From positions 51,225-115,224 of the IMG/VR virus record IMGVR_UViG_3300002092_001594: a DNA stretch of 64,000 nucleotides; one strand, given 5' to 3'. This stretch comes from a virus. Below, piece by piece: positions 57,643 to 64,000 of this stretch. Position 1 is the first letter of the stretch, and every line of letters starts with the position of its first letter. The notes below the pieces were generated by a model. The model saw nothing but the letters and a program-made list of their open reading frames with translations. It did not search any database and had not been told where the DNA came from. Position numbers and translations under genes: made by a program.

Positions 57643-58934
57643 ATTCCAACATTTAAATGGGTTATTTTATTATCTTTTACTTTACTATACAATGTATAAT
57701 TTATACAAGTACTTAAACCGTCATCAATATTATCGTGATATCCTAACTGTACTTCATTATTATATCTTAATTGATTCCACCTACTATTATCATCTTGCCA
57801 TCTACCATTATTAAATCCACAATCTTTGTGTTCTAATTTTACCAGTTTACTATTTCGTCTAAATGGAATATATGAATAATAATTTATAAATGGTTCAAAG
57901 TAGTCTATATAGATATTAAAAAACTCTCCGTGATTTTCATTACCAGAAATATCAGTAAATTTATATTCGTTAATATCATAGTTTTTGTAGTGTATTTTTA
58001 TTTGATCATTTTGTTCTAATAAAAACTCATTTATACTACCTTTAAAAAAATGTTTCTTTTCATCATCGGAACCAATTACTATATCATTTGTATTGGAATA
58101 ATTGTGTATATGCTCTGAAAGTTTAATTACATTTATAGTATCATTTACTGTGAAAGTAATTGAGTTTTCTTTTTTATCATATTCTATTAATATTTTATTC
58201 TTTGATGTTGTTACGATATCCGAATGAACATCATAATAGTTACCCTTTTTATCAAAAAGTTGTAAATAAAATCTATTAAATGAATTATAAAAAAGTTTAA
58301 AATCGTAGCCTGATATAGTAAATATGGGAAATATGTCAAATTGTGAATTTACATTATAAATAACTCTATCTAAATTAATATCTAAATCTATTTTAAAATT
58401 TCTATTATAGTTTATAACATTTGGTATTTTTGCATATGCATCGACTCCATTAAAAATAGGTAACTTTTCTTTTGAAAATGTATCATTTATAATATTTTGA
58501 AATGGAATATTATTTTTTATACATCTATACCTTAAATCATCATCTTCAAATCCCCATCCCCAATATAAATTAGAAAACCCATTTATTTTTTCAAATAATT
58601 CGGATGGAAATAATGTAATCCCACCAAAATAAGATTCGAATGGGATATTATCGGTTGCCAAATGAATAGGTGTGTTTGAATAAGAATAATCCACATCAAC
58701 CGGTATCACGTCAACATCGTGGATTACTATATAATCACAATTTTCTTTTTGTGCTTCTATAAATCCAATGTTGCATAACATTCCTCTATTAAAAAGTTTA
58801 GCATTGTCTTGTTCGACAATAATAATTTTAAAATCTATATTTTTAGATTCTAAATATTCTACTATACTTTTCTTAAACTCTTGCAAATGTTCATACCTGT
58901 TTCTGTATGGAACTATTACACCAAGTTTATGCAT
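57639..58934 (-). CDS. GT7 with inserted LamG domain (paralog)
   Basis: VPYRNR, FNRG, HDVD, YFGG, NGFSN.YWGWG.EDDD; LamG insert; DDGLS. Confidence 0.85.
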   Translation of the reverse strand: MHKLGVIVPYRNRYEHLQEFKKSIVEYLESKNIDFKIIIVEQDNAKLFNRGMLCNIGFIEAQKENCDYIVIHDVDVIPVDVDYSYSNTPIHLATDNIPFESYFGGITLFPSELFEKINGFSNLYWGWGFEDDDLRYRCIKNNIPFQNIINDTFSKEKLPIFNGVDAYAKIPNVINYNRNFKIDLDINLDRVIYNVNSQFDIFPIFTISGYDFKLFYNSFNRFYLQLFDKKGNYYDVHSDIVTTSKNKILIEYDKKENSITFTVNDTINVIKLSEHIHNYSNTNDIVIGSDDEKKHFFKGSINEFLLEQNDQIKIHYKNYDINEYKFTDISGNENHGEFFNIYIDYFEPFINYYSYIPFRRNSKLVKLEHKDCGFNNGRWQDDNSRWNQLRYNNEVQLGYHDNIDDGLSTCINYTLYSKVKDNKITHLNVGI

Positions 58935-59130
58935 TATTTTTTTCTTTTGGTACTAACTTATGAAGTTCAGACAAATAGTACTGGATTCTATCACTCCATT
59001 CTTGTTTGTCTACTTCTTCAAACCAAAGAGTTAATGCATCTAATGAACTAGCAATTTTTTCTAATGCCTTTACTTTTCTTGTTTCAAGAACATCTTGTTC
59101 TTTTACTTTTTCTGTTTTTGTTACACTCAT
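58927..59130 (-). CDS. Hypothetical protein
   Basis: Overlap-coupled ORF. Confidence 0.6.
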   Translation of the reverse strand: MSVTKTEKVKEQDVLETRKVKALEKIASSLDALTLWFEEVDKQEWSDRIQYYLSELHKLVPKEKNNA

Positions 59131-59966
59131 ATTGAAATTATTAAGTTAAGTAATCTATCCCAGTTTTTATAGTCCCAAACTCCAACATCCTCTATCATAA
59201 AGCGAGGATCGGTTATATCAATTTTAAATCTAGACTTTGCTAACTCTCTATACATTTTTCTATACTCTTCTGAGTATGCTTTTTCTCTATTTGTATTTGC
59301 TACTGCTCTAATTCTTTCACCACAAGTGGCATCCCATTTAAAATGGTTTACTATAACGTTATATTTTTTGTAAGGAGCAATTAGTGGATGATTCCATCCT
59401 TGCCATTTCCAAGTTGTATGTCCGTCTATCTTTGCATAATGTTGGCCAGGAGTTAATTCTACATATCCTTTCATTATACAAACTTTATTTGGACAAGCTC
59501 CCGATAAAGGATATCTAAAGAATCCTGCTAGAGGAAATTGCTCAAAGATATCTTTTTCTGGTTGCAGTTCTGGAAACGTTCCACCTGGTCCTATTCTATC
59601 AACGAATCCTCCCCTTACTAAATCCCATCCATTTTCTTCGCAGTCATGTATAATATACTCTAAGGGCTGAGAGTATTCGTGAAATTCGTCATCATCGGCT
59701 ACAATCCACCAGTCTTCAGGATGATGACTCTTTATTTCATTGTACATATTAGTTACAGTTTCCCAATTATATTTCTCAGCAGTGCGTCTAAGAACTATCT
59801 TTGCTTTTGGAAACTCCTTTATTATCTTTTCTACTTCTTTAGAAAGCTCTTTATCTTCCCAATCATAAACACCTACACAAATTTCATCTACTATGTCAGA
59901 ATAGTAAGTTAGGAAATGCCACAATATATTTGTTCTAGATCCAACTACGGTTGCTAATCTAATCAT
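59127..59966 (-). CDS. GT-A/GT2-like glycosyltransferase
   Basis: WW.VADDDEF, G.H, HFKW. Confidence 0.65.
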   Translation of the reverse strand: MIRLATVVGSRTNILWHFLTYYSDIVDEICVGVYDWEDKELSKEVEKIIKEFPKAKIVLRRTAEKYNWETVTNMYNEIKSHHPEDWWIVADDDEFHEYSQPLEYIIHDCEENGWDLVRGGFVDRIGPGGTFPELQPEKDIFEQFPLAGFFRYPLSGACPNKVCIMKGYVELTPGQHYAKIDGHTTWKWQGWNHPLIAPYKKYNVIVNHFKWDATCGERIRAVANTNREKAYSEEYRKMYRELAKSRFKIDITDPRFMIEDVGVWDYKNWDRLLNLIISI

Positions 59967-60691
59967 TTTCTATTAATTATAGTTATACCACTAGAAGACG
60001 GTTTATCTTTTAAGATACGAAAATTAAATAGATTTACCAAATTCCATTCAGGATTTTTTTCTAAGTCTTTAATAAATCTTGCAGGTCCGTCAAAAGAATG
60101 ATTATCTTTCTTACTATCTTCGGAAATTATTAGAGAGTTAGAATAATTTTCATCAGAATCATGTAGTAATACTACGCCTTTTGGGGCTAAAAGTTTCGAA
60201 TACAGTTCAAAATCAAGTTTTACTCCTTCGTAGGAATGGTCTCCATCAATAAACAGCACATCTATCTTAATATCTTGCGGAACAAAAAAGTTATAGTAAG
60301 CATTTTCAGAAGTATCCTTAATAAAGCGAGGAGTAAACATTCGTCTAAAGTAAGAATCTTCGTTTTCTAGGTCATTATAACCTCCAACTCCGTTACAAGC
60401 ATCTACAAGGTAGGTAGTTCCGATATCTCCCCAGCTATAGGCGCTGTTTCCTTCAAAAATTCCCTGTTTATGAAGATCTATACGTGCTGCAGTCATTATT
60501 CTAGGTATAAATCCACCGCCTGATCCAATACAGACGCAGTTTTTTGCGCGCATATGTTGAATAATAGAGTAAACTATCATTCCATCCCCTAAATGTAAAT
60601 CGGTTGCACCATGAGTCCACCTATAAGGGACTGGAGTTCCTTCGTTGCTAGTGATAGCTACCTTAATGTAATCTAAATTAGATATGCCCAT
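59963..60691 (-). CDS. Methyltransf_24-like SAM methyltransferase
   Basis: IGSGGG, LFIDGDHSYEGV..D, G.VLLHD. Confidence 0.8.
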   Translation of the reverse strand: MGISNLDYIKVAITSNEGTPVPYRWTHGATDLHLGDGMIVYSIIQHMRAKNCVCIGSGGGFIPRIMTAARIDLHKQGIFEGNSAYSWGDIGTTYLVDACNGVGGYNDLENEDSYFRRMFTPRFIKDTSENAYYNFFVPQDIKIDVLFIDGDHSYEGVKLDFELYSKLLAPKGVVLLHDSDENYSNSLIISEDSKKDNHSFDGPARFIKDLEKNPEWNLVNLFNFRILKDKPSSSGITIINRK

Positions 60692-61550
60692 AATTCAATA
60701 AATTTAAGACATTTTTACTTAGATCAGGAAAAAACTTATAAAAAGTTTCTAATATGTTTTGCTTACATTCTACATAATAACCGTGGCCTTCATCGAAAGC
60801 TCTCCTTTTATCCGGTCCAAAATGAGTTGCATAGGTATATTCTTCCTTTTTAGGAAAGATTCCAAGTCCATTTTCATACCATTCGTCTTTATGACATACT
60901 AAAGTCTCATTAAAAAGGTATTTATGCTCTAAACTCATCTCTTTTATAAGTTGCCATAGTAGTTTTTGTTCACAAAAGACCATATTTAACCCGTTTATCT
61001 CCCCACCCTTTTTTGTCATAACATTCATCCATTCTAAAGCAGTTTGAGCGTAAATTCCCCTTAGTTCCTCATTGTTAATATAGAGAAAAGCTACGTTGAT
61101 AGCTTTATCATCCCAATCGTAATTAGGAAGTTCCATATACTTGCGCAATTTATAAGGTTCCGGGTAGTGTTTGGTGGTAACTTCCATAAAATTACCTATA
61201 ATATCTAATTTCCAGTAATCTTCAGGTATAAATCTCTGTTTTATAAACAGATCTAAATCAATTACTACAAATGGTGCAGTTAATTCATTTACGACCTTTA
61301 ATTTAGCGGAAGCCCAAAAAGCATCTTCGTTGAATTCGTATTGTTTCCTGTCTAGTACTTCGGTATTAACGTTATCCCATAGATCTAGGATTCCCATGTC
61401 TGAGATTAGTTGTCTACTGTGAGAGTCACAGTATAGGTTAGTAATATGTTCAGGGTAAAAGTGCTTCCAAGTAAGAATGGAAGTATATAGAAATGCCTTC
61501 TCTAAATTAGAGTAAAAAGACATATGTTCAGCACACCATACAACATTCAT
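60678..61550 (-). CDS. GT-A-like protein (DUF6734-like)
   Basis: FWA..KL, PFV.IDLDL, N.A, EQ. Confidence 0.55.
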   Translation of the reverse strand: MNVVWCAEHMSFYSNLEKAFLYTSILTWKHFYPEHITNLYCDSHSRQLISDMGILDLWDNVNTEVLDRKQYEFNEDAFWASAKLKVVNELTAPFVVIDLDLFIKQRFIPEDYWKLDIIGNFMEVTTKHYPEPYKLRKYMELPNYDWDDKAINVAFLYINNEELRGIYAQTALEWMNVMTKKGGEINGLNMVFCEQKLLWQLIKEMSLEHKYLFNETLVCHKDEWYENGLGIFPKKEEYTYATHFGPDKRRAFDEGHGYYVECKQNILETFYKFFPDLSKNVLNLLNYGHI

Positions 61551-61563
61551 AACTAAATTTATA

Positions 61564-61570
61564 ATAAATA
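61564..61570 (-). promoter_or_regulatory. TATTTAT putative late promoter heading the modification island
   Basis: Same motif as upstream of sheath, tube, chaperone and tape measure genes. Confidence 0.5.
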
Positions 61571-62062
61571 TTAAGAGAACACAGCATAAATCGTAGTATA
61601 ACTCGCAGCATCAGTTGTATTGAAGTTGTAAGTATAAACGATTGGAGAGGCTGCAGTACCGTAAGGTTGGTTTGCACCTGTTGTTGTACCTCCGGTCAAA
61701 ATTGGAGTAGTACCTCCGGAAGTAGTAGCCCATCTTCTGAAGTAGTAAGGGTATATTGAAGTTGCTACGATAGTAATATAAGAATAAACTTTTGAAAGTA
61801 CAAAATAATTTGTACCTGCTCCTTGGCCGCTATCTGAAAAAGGGTAGGTAATAGATACTGTACCTTGTGAGGTGTTACTGCTTTGAACTACTACTTGAAA
61901 CAAGCTAGTACTCTGTAGCATGGTGCTCATAGCTGCTGTACCAGTTCCATAATTCGGATAGGTTTTACCTCCGACAGTACGTAAAGATTTTGGTGAAGCT
62001 CCTACAAACGTAGCGGCCTGATTTAAAGAAACGTTGGTCGATCCAAAAGTACTTATACCCAT
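61571..62062 (-). CDS. Ser/Thr/Gly-rich putative tail-fibre-associated protein
   Basis: Composition and position after the fibre gene. Confidence 0.55.
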   Translation of the reverse strand: MGISTFGSTNVSLNQAATFVGASPKSLRTVGGKTYPNYGTGTAAMSTMLQSTSLFQVVVQSSNTSQGTVSITYPFSDSGQGAGTNYFVLSKVYSYITIVATSIYPYYFRRWATTSGGTTPILTGGTTTGANQPYGTAASPIVYTYNFNTTDAASYTTIYAVFS

Positions 62063-62595
62063 TATTCGTCTATTATGTTTTCGTCACCAAATATTTTTCT
62101 AAATTCTTTTTTAACTAAATTGTATGCAAAAGAATATACAGCGCCCTCTTCCTTATTTATATCTATCTTCTGCTTAATTATAGTTTGAGTTCCTGTTTGA
62201 ACTATTCTTGTTACTTGATCTTCACGAGTCTTTTCTATAATATCTCCATTAGGGTCAAAATCATAATAAGTACTTGTTTTAGTTTCTGTAACATCTTCAA
62301 ACAATGGAACCTCTATTTCAACATCTGTAACCATGGGAAATTCAAAATAAGTAGGATACTCTATCTCTTTTCCGTCGTATATTACACTTACGCCTACTAC
62401 TTGAGAAGGATGAGGATTAACCTCTCCGAAATATACAGGAAAGGTATCTAAAGCTGCTTGCTTACTTGGATACATCGCTACAGTAGTATGTAGTAGTCCG
62501 TAAAACATATCCACTCTATACATCTCTATCCTAGCATATGCCTCTGTCAATAAGCCTTGATTTGTCTCAAGTGATTGCTTGATTATAAAACCCAT
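62062..62595 (-). CDS. Putative tail fibre assembly protein
   Basis: Directly downstream of the fibre gene; Y.FAY..VK..F C-terminus. Confidence 0.5.
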   Translation of the reverse strand: MGFIIKQSLETNQGLLTEAYARIEMYRVDMFYGLLHTTVAMYPSKQAALDTFPVYFGEVNPHPSQVVGVSVIYDGKEIEYPTYFEFPMVTDVEIEVPLFEDVTETKTSTYYDFDPNGDIIEKTREDQVTRIVQTGTQTIIKQKIDINKEEGAVYSFAYNLVKKEFRKIFGDENIIDE

Positions 62596-62598
62596 AAC

Positions 62599-64000
62599 TT
62601 ATTTATTTAATAATGTATTAACTAATGCTTTTAATTCGTCTATTTCTTTTTGCTGTGCTTTAAAGCCTTCAATTAATAATGCATTTAATTTTTCATAGTT
62701 TACAGCTTTATATCCATTCTCACGAGTAGTAACTGTATCCGGTAAACCTATAGCTTCAATCTCTTGTGCAATAACTCCAGTGTCTGCTCCTTTATGTGAG
62801 TGGAATTCATCAAAACCTTCTTTCCAGTCAAAAGTAACACCGTTTATTGCCATTAACTTCTCAATTGGATTTTCAATTGGAGTAATATTTTCTTTTAATC
62901 TTTCATCTGAAGAGTAGTAAGCTGTAACATCAGCTGTTGCTCTAATTTCACCTGCTGTACCTGATCCTGCTGTACCAACTCCTAATGAGTTAAATTGTAC
63001 GTTAGAAGAAGTAGCTACTGCTTGACCAATTGAGATTGTTACTGCACCTGTTGCACCTGATACGCTAACACCAGTTCCTGCTACATTTGAAGTTACACCC
63101 GTATTGTTAATTGTCACTGCACCAGTTGCACCTGATACTGAAATTGCAGTACCAGCTACTGCTGAAGTTACACCAGCGTTTGTTAATGTTACTGATGATC
63201 CTAATGCAACAGCACCGCCACCTGACATTCCCGTACCTGCTGTTACTGTTACTGAACTATTCACTAATTGTGCGTTAGTAATACTTGCAGCTGGTATCTG
63301 AACTGATCCTGAGAATATACCTGCACCTAATCCGCTAATATCTGCAGCTGCTAATGTTACAGCTCCTGTTCTTGTATTGAATGCTGTAACACCTGTGTTA
63401 GCAATCGTTACTGCTGTAGATCCGTTATAAGATGTACCAGATAAACCAGTACCTATTGTTAATGCATTTGTTACTGAACCTGCACTTGTAGCACTAGTAG
63501 AGTTTACTGCGTATGATGAACTTACTGCATAAGATGAACTTACTGTATTAGTTGAGTTTACTGTATAAGATGAACTTACGGCATATGAAGAGCTTAGAGC
63601 ATAAGATGAACTTATGGCATATGAAGAACTTAAAGCTTGAGCTGCGTAAGAAGCAGTTCCTAATAAGCTCCCAGTAAAGCCGCCTGTTGATGTAGTGCTA
63701 TTAGATATAGTTAAAGATCCAGTTACTGAAACACTACCTGTAAACTGATGCGTGTTAGTCATTAAGCTACCATTAACACTAGAACCAGTAATATATTCGG
63801 TTGAAGAAGTTACGTACTGTACGTTTAGCGTTTGAGCTGTAAGGGTACTGTTAACTAAAATATTTGAAGCAGTAAAGTTGGTTGCAAAAGATGCTGTTAC
63901 TGCATTAGTTGCGTTAACTGCATAAGATGAACTTACGGCATAAGATGAACTTACAGCATATGAAGCACTAGTTGAACTTGGTGCATAAGAAGAACTTACT
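62599..64000 (-). CDS. Tail fibre/spike with C-terminal peptidase S74 chaperone (5' end beyond the window)
   Basis: YYS-SDERLKENI, GV.FDW, GVIAQE, V.YEKL; frame stays open from 63762 to the window end. Confidence 0.88.
   Translation of the reverse strand, partial: VSSSYAPSSTSASYAVSSSYAVSSSYAVNATNAVTASFATNFTASNILVNSTLTAQTLNVQYVTSSTEYITGSSVNGSLMTNTHQFTGSVSVTGSLTISNSTTSTGGFTGSLLGTASYAAQALSSSYAISSSYALSSSYAVSSSYTVNSTNTVSSSYAVSSSYAVNSTSATSAGSVTNALTIGTGLSGTSYNGSTAVTIANTGVTAFNTRTGAVTLAAADISGLGAGIFSGSVQIPAASITNAQLVNSSVTVTAGTGMSGGGAVALGSSVTLTNAGVTSAVAGTAISVSGATGAVTINNTGVTSNVAGTGVSVSGATGAVTISIGQAVATSSNVQFNSLGVGTAGSGTAGEIRATADVTAYYSSDERLKENITPIENPIEKLMAINGVTFDWKEGFDEFHSHKGADTGVIAQEIEAIGLPDTVTTRENGYKAVNYEKLNALLIEGFKAQQKEIDELKALVNTLLNK
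63505..63999 (-). repeat. Imperfect 18-nt tandem repeats encoding (A/T)xSSSY hexapeptides, in two blocks
   Basis: Plus-strand units like gcataagatgaacttac at about 63505-63635 and 63915-63999. Confidence 0.8.

Noticed and set aside
863-63301. Short plus-strand ORFs in the track (e.g. 863-1057, 6954-7253, 23188-23496, 36527-36853, 55650-55979, 63104-63301) and the minus-strand 35493-35675
   Set aside because: They lie within well-supported genes and have no motifs; they are shadow ORFs
1-64000. Stop-codon reassignment, as seen in some large phages
   Set aside because: Genes are full length under code 11, and TAG (e.g. 209, 26346) and TGA (24838) end genes at sensible positions
1-64000. CRISPR arrays, tRNA/rRNA genes, IS elements, integrase
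   Set aside because: None recognised; intergenic gaps are almost all under 90 nt and the only tandem repeats are coding

Overview
A 64-kb, AT-rich, gene-dense segment of a large contractile-tailed (myovirus-type) phage. It uses the standard genetic code and is almost entirely on the minus strand. Six TTG-N19/20-TAnnTT promoters point to a Bacteroidota host. Left to right: (1) 0-5.7 kb, a 7-deazaguanine DNA-modification locus (queD, queE, queC, queF, TGT-like DpdA3-type protein, PurN-like DpdN formyltransferase, partial P-loop kinase), most consistent with formyl-preQ1 DNA; (2) 6-14.9 kb, replication genes (class II RNR, DnaB, 5'-3' exonuclease, RecA, SSB, minimal PolA, HNH); (3) 14.9-29 kb, tail/baseplate genes (hub with C-terminal lysozyme-like domain, LysM protein, tape measure, frameshifted chaperone, HNH, tube, sheath); (4) 29.6-61.5 kb, an island of about 35 glycan/small-molecule modification genes; (5) 61.6-64 kb, tail-fibre genes. 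The most notable unexplained signals are: a shared K-x-[I/V] C-terminal tail on unrelated island enzymes clustered around a circularly permuted ATP-grasp protein with tandem Hint domains; a 22-bp upstream element shared by that gene and the tail tube gene; a +1/-2 (not -1) chaperone frameshift; a TATTTAT putative late promoter that sits in hairpin loops in front of both HNH genes; and a preQ1-riboswitch-like hairpin before queC. All family calls come from motif recognition by eye; no database searches were run.
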